From Microthyrium microscopicum (Eukaryota), in NCBI GenBank assembly GCA_010405405.1, contig MU004239.1, positions 1,628,722 to 1,680,941 of the forward strand: a stretch of 52,220 nt of DNA, in the 5' to 3' direction. Shown here in pieces: positions 11,656-21,706 of the stretch (positions within the stretch are counted from its first letter, which is position 1; every line of letters begins with the position of its first letter). The position numbers were made by a program, and so were the translations under genes. The notes under the pieces are model-generated. The model did not search any database. It had not been told where the DNA came from and saw only the letters and a program-made list of their open reading frames with translations.

Positions 11656-13038
11656 TTACCCAAATACAGTTTCTGATATCCAGTCACTTGTACCGATCTT
11701 CCGATACTCAACTCCCTCCCCAAAGTATCCTGCGTCGTTCCATGACCGCATAGTAGGAACATCATAAGGGCCGTGGCTTTCTCCACCATCTCGTGCATCA
11801 GCCCATCTGTACTCCCACTGAGACGTTTCGTCCAGTTCTTCGTCTTCGTCATCCTGGCCGCCCGGAACAGACCAAGCATCGCCAGTTTCTCGCTGGAATT
11901 GCCGCATCAACAATTCGCGTTCTGTGTCGTAGATCTGATCTTGACCACGAGCAAGAAGCTCATCCGCTGCACCAGTAATGCTCTCCACAGACTCCTTGCG
12001 CTTAGTCTCTGCAGGATCCTCTTCTTTAGCCTCCTTGTCGACGTCCATAGAGTCGGAGTTTTTGTTTCGTTTCTTGTTCTTTTGCCACTTTGGTTTTTGC
12101 TTCGGTCTGTCCTTATTTAATCGAGCCAGTAGCTCTAGAATGGTTTCTCCGGGATGTAAATGTGATATAAGAGTGGAGAGTAAGTCGCTGGTCAGGATTG
12201 CGTCTCGCTCCATGGCTTTCGACCGTCGTTCTTCCTCCCGCTTTTCCTCTGCCTCTTGAGCCTTTTTCATCTCTTTCTTTGACACGCCTTCCAGCCAAGT
12301 ATCGTGCATCGCATTCGGATCTGCCTTGCGGACAAAATTCCCCGTCTCGTCAAAACGACCTTCCTCACCCTCGGCAGTCATATTGAAAGCGTCTATCCGC
12401 GGCGCATGCTTTTTCTTCGCACCCGCACCAAGCTCTAATTCATCCTCATCATCTCCAATCGCATCCCGCCCCTCATCTCCCCCACTTTCGCTATCATCCT
12501 CGTCGTCCGAAATCTCCTTGACATCCTGCGTCTGCCCCTTCTCGTCCTTCAAATCAAACACATTCGCCCCCGCCCGACTTCCAAACACCTGCCCCTCAAT
12601 CTTATCCGCATCCATAAACTTGACCGTCTTTTTCTTCTTCTTCTGGACATCCGGATCATCCTCATCCCCTGCGCCAGCCTCTTCCTCCGAAGCGAACATA
12701 TCCTCATCCGACTCCTCCGCCTTCTGCGCCCGCTTCTTTTGCCGCGCTTTATCCGCCGCTCTTGCGTCAAAGTTATCGTTTTCAGAATCGCTGTCGTAGC
12801 CGTCGAGATTTACAGCGGAGCGCTTGGTGCCAGGGCCTTTGCCGATGGAGTCGAGTTCTAGAACAGCGGCATCGTCAGCGTCAATGTCTTCGTCGGCTTC
12901 GGCGACGAGCTGGGAGGGGTTGCGCGCGTCGAAGCGGAGCTTTTTCGAGGCGGGTTCCAGGTTGTCTGCTTGGTGGGTGCGGAGGAATTCTTCGCCGGCG
13001 CGTTTGGGGCGGGCGGAGGGGCCGGCTCGTCTTGACAT
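11656..13038 (-). CDS. LIN1: LIN1/Snu40/CD2BP2 U5 snRNP-associated GYF-domain protein
   Basis: IDAFNM..E.EEGRFDETGNF motif, L.PGETILE.L.RL, and a C-terminal GYF domain (WEYRW..HGPY..MRSWNDAGYF). Confidence 0.93.
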   Translation of the reverse strand: MSRRAGPSARPKRAGEEFLRTHQADNLEPASKKLRFDARNPSQLVAEADEDIDADDAAVLELDSIGKGPGTKRSAVNLDGYDSDSENDNFDARAADKARQKKRAQKAEESDEDMFASEEEAGAGDEDDPDVQKKKKKTVKFMDADKIEGQVFGSRAGANVFDLKDEKGQTQDVKEISDDEDDSESGGDEGRDAIGDDEDELELGAGAKKKHAPRIDAFNMTAEGEEGRFDETGNFVRKADPNAMHDTWLEGVSKKEMKKAQEAEEKREEERRSKAMERDAILTSDLLSTLISHLHPGETILELLARLNKDRPKQKPKWQKNKKRNKNSDSMDVDKEAKEEDPAETKRKESVESITGAADELLARGQDQIYDTERELLMRQFQRETGDAWSVPGGQDDEDEELDETSQWEYRWADARDGGESHGPYDVPTMRSWNDAGYFGEGVEYRKIGTSDWISETVFG

Positions 13039-13610
13039 CTTGGCGGAATTGTAAGTGTGGAAGATATAGGTTAAGAGCGTGGTGGTGAGGCTGTTCAGTT
13101 CACGTCGTTTGAAGGTCGCAAAATGAATGTGGTCATTATGACTACCAAATGTCGGTTCCGCCTACCATTTAGAGACTAGCGTTGTTGCTTTTCAGCCTTG
13201 TTCAGCCTTGCACGCTTTCCAGCGATCGTCTTGTGATTTATTGTTTGCATTTCTCTACCTATGCTTTCAACGAGATTGAAACATTGAGTTCGGTCGGAAT
13301 TTTTTACTGAGAAGAGCTATTTCGGATTCTAGTCACGCATGCATTTATGGTACACAACTGGTGGTCGTTATAAGGCAAATCAATTTTCCACTGGTGAGTA
13401 TGAGAAGTCATCAACAAGCTGAACCAGTTCCATATAGATTATTGGACCGTCAATATCCAAGCAGCACGTCAATTGATCCCCCGTACCAGCCGCCATGATT
13501 ATTTTGAGTCCTAAGTCACCCAGAAGCCTGCTAGCATTTCTGTCAATTGAGTGCTAGATATGCAAAAGAATTCGGCAGAGGAGGCTCACTCTATACGTTG
13601 TTCAAGGGCA

Positions 13611-14276
13611 TTAGTTTTCCACGAATGTTTTGAATGCCGCCCGGAATTGTTCTTGTGATTTCGCAGCAAATTTGACTCCCTGGACCAATGATTCAAAGGT
13701 CGAGCGTTCCGAACCATGGGCTACGCAGACGCATTGTTCATCCATCACATCATGCCATGTTGGTTCCAGCTGGAACAGCTTGCTGAAAGTTGCTTTCTCT
13801 TTCCTGAAGAACTTGGTCCAAACACCGTGTGTGACGCATAGGAAGTCTGCATCTTTCACAAAAGCCGGACCTATTCTCATAGCTTCGAGACATACATCGG
13901 TGACAAAGATGGGATGCTGACCGTCTCTATCAAGAGAAGATCTGAAGCTTTGATTGTGTAGATCGGAAAGAGACCACACGGCGAGGACTGGAATTGCATC
14001 GGGTAGTTTGCGTTCTTGGATTTGTTGTAGAGCAGTGGCGTCTAAATGACGGATATCATAGAACTGGCCACTTTCTCGCAGCTCAGATTGGATAGTGTAG
14101 CTTTCGAACGTGGGAAATAAATCATGAAGCAGCGAAGTCCACAAGTTATGACGCGCTGTTGCATTATCGTCTTTAGGTGAGCTGTTGAGTACAATAGCAA
14201 GATATGTTTGCATTGCGACATGGTTTGCGTGCAGTATCATTCCCTCCACTTCTTCTTGCGAGTCTGAATCTGACAT
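13611..14276 (-). CDS. Unknown-family paralog 1 (221 aa)
   Basis: Intact ORF sharing motifs EGMILH, RHNLWTSLLHDLFPTFESY, FLCVTHGVWTKFFRK and ERSTFE with the three downstream ORFs. Confidence 0.8.
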   Translation of the reverse strand: MSDSDSQEEVEGMILHANHVAMQTYLAIVLNSSPKDDNATARHNLWTSLLHDLFPTFESYTIQSELRESGQFYDIRHLDATALQQIQERKLPDAIPVLAVWSLSDLHNQSFRSSLDRDGQHPIFVTDVCLEAMRIGPAFVKDADFLCVTHGVWTKFFRKEKATFSKLFQLEPTWHDVMDEQCVCVAHGSERSTFESLVQGVKFAAKSQEQFRAAFKTFVEN

Positions 14277-15381
14277 GGTGTTGCTCTGCTTGCGATGTCT
14301 TCATGTACTTAAACGGTCACTTTTCTATGTCTGGCGGCCAAATGTAAGCGTTAAAGATTGTCATAGGGATACTCTTGTTTACCTTTGAAGTTGCGCGCGA
14401 AGACGCAGAATTTGTGGTTCGTGGACGGCAGTAGGACGGAAGATTATTCGAAGTGCTTAAAGAGTTGATATGTTGGACGGGCAAGACTTGCTACAAGGAA
14501 CATTGTCAGCATAGTACTGGCAGTGAAGCTATCCCAAGCCTTGATTTGAGCCAGCATTCAGTGCTTGAAGACTTACCAACTTTGGTGGGACTTCAATTTC
14601 TGACGCATTCGCATGTCAGGAAACGGAGCTACAATCAAGCGGCTAGTTATTCCCTTCTCTTGGCGTGAAATGACTTCCCCGTCATTGCCATTCATCCCAC
14701 CCGTCCCAGCTCATACAGGGAGATTGAATTCCTGAAAGAAGTAGGCTAGTGGTGGCATTGACAGCACGAACGATATATACGACAGATTGACAGGTCCAGG
14801 CTTGCCCTATTGACGCAGGCTATATTGTAGTTTCTACTTACAGTAGCGGGAGTGATAAGATTTAAATCTTGAGTCCAGAAGAATCAGTGACGCAGCTACC
14901 GTTGAGGATTTAGCTTCGCGTCAATACTGAATTCACCTGTCTGTCTATTTCAATCTTTGAGCACTGAAGTTTGATGAGCCTTCTACCCGATTCTCTTACA
15001 GTCGAGTTTCCCGACCAAGCGCTTCAAAGAACCACAGCCTTGCTCTCTTCTTCAAGCATTCATCCATTGCGCCAACACAATCCTCTAGAAATGATTTGAC
15101 AATAAATATTCGTCCAAAACCAGGTCAGTGTCTTCCGAAACATGCTTCTTGCCGTCTGCCTCATTCAAGGAATAATCAATTTGCTTTCCTGCCAGAGCGA
15201 GGCATGTCAGTAGTGCATTCGACTTGAAAGTAGCAAATCGGCCAAAAGATGGGGCAGAAACGCAATGTAAAGAATCAAGATACTAACGCATCTCAGCTGT
15301 AATCCTGAATTTGCTCTCCATTTCCGGCCCCATTGCTGAACGGCGCACCTCAGACCATATACTGATCTCTACGATAACACT

Positions 15382-15999
15382 ATGGAAGGCGAAGCAACTG
15401 CCACGCTGGACGGCAAAATCCTCAACGAGGGCAATGTGTTATTCAAATCATTGCTCAACTCACCTAGTCCCAGTGAATGTGCGGATGATATGAAGGTGCG
15501 AAGTCTTTGGTATGCAATCATGTCCAGTTTGTGCCAACCATCGAATGAGTACGAACTTGAGGTTCACGAGACACAAGAGGCTTACTGTATTGTCTATGCC
15601 CTCAGCTATCACACGAACAACTCCGGGCCTTCTAAGCAACAGCAAGAACGGCAATTCTTTGAGCTCGTGGTCCTGTCCGCTGACGATCACCCTCGTTTTC
15701 CATATGGCGACAAAAAAAACCCATCTCGCATTCGCTCAAGCGACATGGGCGAAGTCGACGAGTGGCTGGTTGACAATGATCCATCGTGCTTCCTTGGTAT
15801 GGCTACCAGAAATCATATCAAGCTCTTTCGGAGGGTCAGCAACAAGACATACGAAGCACTTACGGAACTTCCTAATCGCTTCTACATGAACAAAGCCCAA
15901 GATCGATACAATTTTGAAATCGCTTTCGACTACATCAAAAACGCCTCACGCACTCACGATATCCTGAAGACAATGGTTATCGAGAAAGGCAGTGACTGA
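15382..15999 (+). CDS. Unknown-family paralog 2 (205 aa)
   Basis: Motifs DGKILN, RSLWYAIMSSLCQPSNEY, FLGMATRNHIKLFRR and KAQDRYNFEIAFDYIK. Probable 5' UTR intron (gtcagt at about 15124 to tactaac..ctcag at about 15296). Confidence 0.82.
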   Translation: MEGEATATLDGKILNEGNVLFKSLLNSPSPSECADDMKVRSLWYAIMSSLCQPSNEYELEVHETQEAYCIVYALSYHTNNSGPSKQQQERQFFELVVLSADDHPRFPYGDKKNPSRIRSSDMGEVDEWLVDNDPSCFLGMATRNHIKLFRRVSNKTYEALTELPNRFYMNKAQDRYNFEIAFDYIKNASRTHDILKTMVIEKGSD

Positions 16000-17024
16000 A
16001 TTGGCACGCTCCGGGGCAATGGCAGTTAGGTAATGGATCTTGTGGTGTGTCGTGGACCGTGGTGCGTGGAAACTGGAAACAAGAAGAAATTATGGGCACA
16101 GAAGCAGATTGAAAACTTGAACAACTCTTTCTAAAAAGTGTACCGAGAGGATGAACTCTAAAAATAGGCAGCTAGATGGCGCAAAAGCGCATTAGGAAAA
16201 GCTTGAAGGCATATCAGTTTCCGCAATAAACTCGGTGCGAGCTTTTCTCCACATGGGTGTCTCGAAATCCATCTTTAGCTTTCCTGTCCATTCTACGACT
16301 TGGCCTGCCATACTCATCACCAAAAGTGTCTCCGTTTGGTCTTGTTTACTAATACTCAGACATGCTCACTATATGCTTCTCAAGGGTTTGAAGCAAGCTA
16401 GGATATGTATACCTCTGGAAACTACCTGGGTACCTCGTATCGTCTTCTGCCAGGCAACGACGCACAGTACGTGGAGTCACGAGAGATACTACAAATGAAG
16501 TATAAACCGTCTGTCCGTAGTACTACATCCGTAACAGAATTGAATAAGGGAAGCATCTCGTCTTATGAACAACCTTCCAAAGATATATAGATCAGTGACT
16601 AAAGTGAATGTTGATATCTTTAGCGCCCTTACTAATTTAAAGGCTCAAGCAGCTCAGGAGCACCATATATCCAGAACTGGGGGTAGTTCGCCTACCTCAC
16701 TGATACAGTTTCCAGTAACTTCCGGCTTGTACCGTTGTACGTGTGTTTGTCTGGTCTTGTCATTCTGATACTAGGCGTTGAACCTTTGAGGTTAACAAAC
16801 ATTGCGAACATACCAACCTTCAAAGTCAGATTCTGAGTCTTACGAATGCCATATCCACCACCAGTCTCACAAACTGTCTCTCACTCACAGCCTCCGCTAT
16901 AGTTCTGGACGATGCAGTAGTCCATACACATATTCTAGGCAGGCTGTGAAGATAGTGGGCTGAACCTGAACAGCTTACTCATAACTATAGGCGACAAGTG
17001 TTATTCAGACACAGTGCAACAGTT

Positions 17025-18125
17025 ATGGAGAAGAAGGATGGGAAGGTCCTGAACACCCGGCAGGAAAATGCTTTCTTGAGCCAGCTTCTCAACGAGGTCT
17101 CAAAACATAAGGGAAGGTCTCCGACCACCCTTGTTCGACTCCTGTTTGGTTACGTGCTAGATAGAGTATTCCCAGCAGTTGAAAACTATAGTCATTGGTA
17201 TGCCAACTTGGAAGATGAAGGTCTTACATCTCTGATCCAAGTCAACATCATGCAACCAAATGATGCTGTCGATTCAACATTAAAATCGGAGGATGACTTC
17301 CAAAACACCGACGAACCAGAGGACTGGCGAATCCTACTTCTCCTCCTTCAGCCAAACCCGTCATTATGGGAACACACAACCGGATTCCATTCAGTGGGCG
17401 ACGGCTTTCCTTGGTGGTTCGAGTTTGACAAAAATGACGAGGTACTACGCAACTTGAAAATATTCCACTTCCTTGGAATTGCCGAGAAAACAAGCATCAG
17501 ATTCTACAAGAAAACCACCATCTCTGGGCCCTTAGTGAAATTTGAAGAGATCTTCGAGAGCCCAGAGAGCCTTGATCTGACAAAAGCTGCCGATCGATAT
17601 ATCTTCGAAGAAGTCATCGAATACATAAAGAAATTCGTGAAAGGCATTCATCTCCACGACCAAAGCAGCTACCATCACATTATAGCCCAACAATTGAATT
17701 CAGAAGTTGACAGACTAATCGGAAACACCGAGGAGATAAGCAATGAAATACAACGTCACTCTGATGAGCTTGTCCATTTGATCCAGGAATCCCAGCGTCT
17801 AAATCAGGGAATCCAGCCGCAAAACCACGAGGGTCCGAATCTTGTGCAACAGCTTCAGGAGGTTTTACATAACGCCCACACGCGGACCTTGGAAGTCTTG
17901 CGTCTCTACGAGACGAAAAATCAGAATGAAAATCAGATACAGGTTTACAATGCCGAGAAGGAGCGTCTACATCAGGAGGGAAAGCGAAAAGGTGAAGAAA
18001 GTGGTCGGCTGCTGGAAGGGATCGATGAATTGTTGGACCAGATCAAAGCCCAGCAGATCCAGGCGCGAAAAGATAGATTAGACGAAAAGAACGGAAGCGA
18101 TCTTGACTCAGAGTCAGATGATTAG
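17025..18125 (+). CDS. Unknown-family paralog 3 with long C-terminal coiled coil (366 aa from ATG 17025)
   Basis: Motifs DGKVLN, RLLFGYVLDRVFPAVENY, FLGIAEKTSIRFYKK and KAADRYIFEEVIEYIK, followed by an E/Q/L-rich helical tail. Confidence 0.85.
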   Translation: MEKKDGKVLNTRQENAFLSQLLNEVSKHKGRSPTTLVRLLFGYVLDRVFPAVENYSHWYANLEDEGLTSLIQVNIMQPNDAVDSTLKSEDDFQNTDEPEDWRILLLLLQPNPSLWEHTTGFHSVGDGFPWWFEFDKNDEVLRNLKIFHFLGIAEKTSIRFYKKTTISGPLVKFEEIFESPESLDLTKAADRYIFEEVIEYIKKFVKGIHLHDQSSYHHIIAQQLNSEVDRLIGNTEEISNEIQRHSDELVHLIQESQRLNQGIQPQNHEGPNLVQQLQEVLHNAHTRTLEVLRLYETKNQNENQIQVYNAEKERLHQEGKRKGEESGRLLEGIDELLDQIKAQQIQARKDRLDEKNGSDLDSESDD

Positions 18126-18708
18126 GGAAATGATAGAGCACATTTATTCTGGAATATAAAGCACTTGTGCGGTGGATTGTTTCGTTGACGAGCAAGACAA
18201 ATTGACAGATACAGAAACCCCAATGTAATAGCGAGAGGAGGGTGCCGGTTGCCGTGACCTTGGGAATATCTGATGAACGCATCAAATCTTTGAGCAATTG
18301 AAATACTAATGCGTGCTTCCCCATCTAGGCAATATACTCCTCCAGTGCCTCATCGCCAAGGTTCACTGAATGACATAGGCAGTATCAGTGCCTACTTTGT
18401 ATAGAGATTGGTGGTCCTCAGTGACTGATCGTTCTCAAAATTATCGTGTATTCACTGGGTTCTCTCATTTTGGAGACTCCATGTCTGATTGTCTGACCAT
18501 CAACGAAACGTCTCGAGACTATAAAATCAAAATTTCTTCGTCCCTCTGAGCACCAACACATCTTCAACACCACAGCATTTCTTTAATAGTCCTTTTGGGC
18601 GAATCGACACAGACACCAGGTAAGTGGTAGCAGCACGAAGTGAGAGTTAGAAAGCTGATCTACATTGTATAGAAACCACATCTCTCCAAGGCCCCACACG
18701 GCAACTTC

Positions 18709-19488
18709 ATGATCATGGATTCCGAGGACGGAAAGATCCTGAACTTGCAAAACCAGGCTCTACGGATTCTTCTTCATGAGCTCCAAACTAGCAGTGAGGG
18801 AGACAAAGACACGGCACGACGGAATTTGTGGATAGCGGTACTGAATAGCCTGTTTCCGACGTCGGAAGGCTATCTCGTCCAGACCACCATTGAAGATAAT
18901 ACTACGATCTCGGTGGCTCTACTTCAGTCCAACGATGGTGCCGAGCCAAGTTTGGGACAAGACATGTGTTGGACGAGCAGCGAGGGTCTGCAGAAACAGC
19001 ATATTCTTGCAATACGAATCTTCGCTCATTCGGCCTCCAAGAATTACACCATCGATGACCCTGATTATCCACCTGGTATCGTTATTGACTGCGACCGTAC
19101 CGCACCAAACGCCTTGAAATATTGCAGCTTTCTCGGCGTAGCAGAAGAAGCTCAAATTCGTTTCTACAAGAAGAAAGAGGGATTTTATACTTCTGGAAGA
19201 TTCCAGGAGATATTTGACGAGTGGAAATTCTTTACTCTTGCAAAGGCTAGAGATAGACAGCACATCGAGGACATCATGAGCTATTTGAAGAATGAGACAC
19301 TGGGATCAATTGCAAGCGAAAAAAGCACCGGGCATCGTGCAAGCGCCCATGTTTTATCCGAAAAACTCCAAGAGAAGACTCGGAAAGCTGAAGCTGAGGC
19401 CGAAAACAGTAGGCGATTACACTTGGAAGCTTCTACCACAATTACTACAGTCAGGACCCGAATGCTGACGCAAGTTGGCTACATCTGA
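18709..19488 (+). CDS. Unknown-family paralog 4 with short helical tail (259 aa)
   Basis: Motifs DGKILN, RRNLWIAVLNSLFPTSEGY, FLGVAEEAQIRFYKK and KARDRQHIEDIMSYLK. TATAAAA at 18520 and a 5' UTR intron (gtaagt at about 18620 to tag at about 18672). Confidence 0.85.
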   Translation: MIMDSEDGKILNLQNQALRILLHELQTSSEGDKDTARRNLWIAVLNSLFPTSEGYLVQTTIEDNTTISVALLQSNDGAEPSLGQDMCWTSSEGLQKQHILAIRIFAHSASKNYTIDDPDYPPGIVIDCDRTAPNALKYCSFLGVAEEAQIRFYKKKEGFYTSGRFQEIFDEWKFFTLAKARDRQHIEDIMSYLKNETLGSIASEKSTGHRASAHVLSEKLQEKTRKAEAEAENSRRLHLEASTTITTVRTRMLTQVGYI

Positions 19489-19860
19489 ATCAACCTCCCG
19501 ATCATATTGAAATTGTGAATCGGAATTGAAGAGGGCACAGAGCGAGATGTTAATTCGACTGACAAAGGCAAAACACTGGCCAGCACCTTCTCCATCAAAC
19601 AGATGTTCTGTCACAGGGAAAAGAGCCCATGACTCATGTTCTTATCGGCAACGACGGGACTGTTGTGCAATAATGGCTAAAAGTTTATGGTTTGAAACAG
19701 CAATAAAAGTGATTCAATCATGATAGCTCATGTGTATGCAATACCGTAATCATAATAGTCTAAGCATAAAATCATAACACGAATCCAGCAACGTGCCTGT
19801 TTTTTAAAGGAGCGACTGTCAGGGCTCGCGCCTCACCACCACCAAAATATCAATCGTCTA

Positions 19861-21706
19861 TCATCCTTCGTGATCATTAAAGTTGTGCAAGCTGATATCC
19901 TGCACGCGAGAAGGACTCGGCGGCTGCACATCATCTTGATGAGCGGATCCATTGATGACTGTTGCTGTGATAATGTTGCCATTGACCTTGGAGCCCAATT
20001 TCTCGACCTCGTCAGCTTTTGAACTGCGTCTATTGGCCGGCACACCATTGAGAGCAATTTCCACGGCAGTGTCATCAGCGACACCTTGAACGACTGCTTG
20101 ACGAGCCATGATGAGCTCCTTCTCCTTTTTGCGGGTACCGCGGAGCATGTCGAGGTGCTCAAAGTAGTTGTCCTGTACGGGCGTGATGTATTGGCCGCAG
20201 AAGACGCCAACTTCAAATTTCTGGTTTGGGCGTGGTGAGAGTTCTGCGCAGGCTTGTTTAAGATCCTCCAGGTTTTGGTAGACCACAGCGTCGGCACCGA
20301 TGACCTCGGCGATTTCTTTCTGAGAACGTGAGTGCGCGAGTAGCTCAGATCTAGATGCGAGATCAATTCCATAGATGTGAGGATGACTAGCGAAGGTTAG
20401 CCGGATCCTGGAACAGAACGGCATCAACTTACGTGATCTCAGGGGCACAGCTCGTAAATATGACCTTTTTCGCTCCCGCTTCTCTTGCCATCAGCACTAT
20501 TTCGCGACTCGTAGTACCCCGAACAATGCTATCATCGACTAGAAGCACCGTCTTGCCTGCAAACTTCGGTTTCATCGGGTTGAGCTTTGCACGAACACCT
20601 TTTTGTCGTTGCTTTTGATTTGGCATGATGAAAGTTCTGAAGATGTACCGATTCTTGACAAAGCCTTGACAATAAGGCTTTTTCAAGCACTCGGCGACGA
20701 CTTGAGCACTGGACATGCTTGTTTCCGGGATTGGCATAACAACGTCCACTTCATCAAGCAGGTCTTTGCCGAGCTCTTTGATGATCTTCTCTGCAAGCTT
20801 GTAGCCCATGTTTCGTCGGCATTCGTCAACATCAATTCCATCAATGATTGTGTCCGGTCTAGCAAAGTAGACATATTCGAAGATGTCAGGAGCATATGCC
20901 AGCTGCTCTTGAATTTGATGAAAGACTGGTGCTTTTCCCTTTTCGATAATGACTCCTTCACCTGGAAGAATGTCTTTGAAGTCGTTGTAACCGCATTGAA
21001 CCAGAGCGACAGATTCAGATGCAATCATGTAGTCCTTACCAATGCCAGAATCAGATGGTTTCTCTCCAATAACCATGGGTCGAATTCCAAAGGCATCTCT
21101 GAATCCAATGAGACCAAAACCTACCCAAGTTAGCCGGAATATGAATGACGCTGGAGATTACTAACCTGCAATCATGCCTGTGCATGCCCAACCTCCAACG
21201 CATCTTTTGTAGGTTCTCTCCAGAGCCTTGAAACAATCATGAGAATTGATTCGAGCTTTTCCAGTCTCGTTCAACTCGCTAGCAAAAACGTTAAGCATGA
21301 GCTCACTATCACTATCGGTGTTGATATGGCGATGTGCTTCTTGATCAAGGAATTCCTTGAGCTCTGGTGCGTTGATTAAGTTGCCATTATGAGCAAAGCA
21401 AATTCCATAGGGACTGTTGACATAGAAAGGTTGAGCTTCAGAGGTCGAGCTGCTACCAGCTGTAGGGTATCTCAAATGTCCAAGTCCCATGAATCCGGGC
21501 AAGTCAGCGATGCGAGTGCCATCGTTGAAGACTTTGGAAGCCATTCCGTTGCCTTTACACTGATAGATACGTCCACCAGGTGCAGCGCAAGTGGCGATTC
21601 CGCATGCATCTTGTCCTCGATGCTGGAGAAGATAGAGGGCATCGTGAATTTCGATAGCAGCAGATGATTTTGGATCCGCATGGATCACAGCAATGATACC
21701 ACACAT
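19861..21706 (-). CDS. ADE4: Amidophosphoribosyltransferase, 3 exons (21706-21166, 21120-20433, 20386-19861)
   Basis: N-terminal MCGI nucleophile, [41 protein letters not shown]-binding [20 protein letters not shown]. Confidence 0.98.

Noticed and set aside
11773..13088. Plus-strand ORFs overlapping LIN1
   Set aside because: Antisense shadows of an acidic low-complexity coding sequence.
16235..16768. Short ORFs between paralogs 2 and 3 as a fifth family member
   Set aside because: None of the four family motifs is present.
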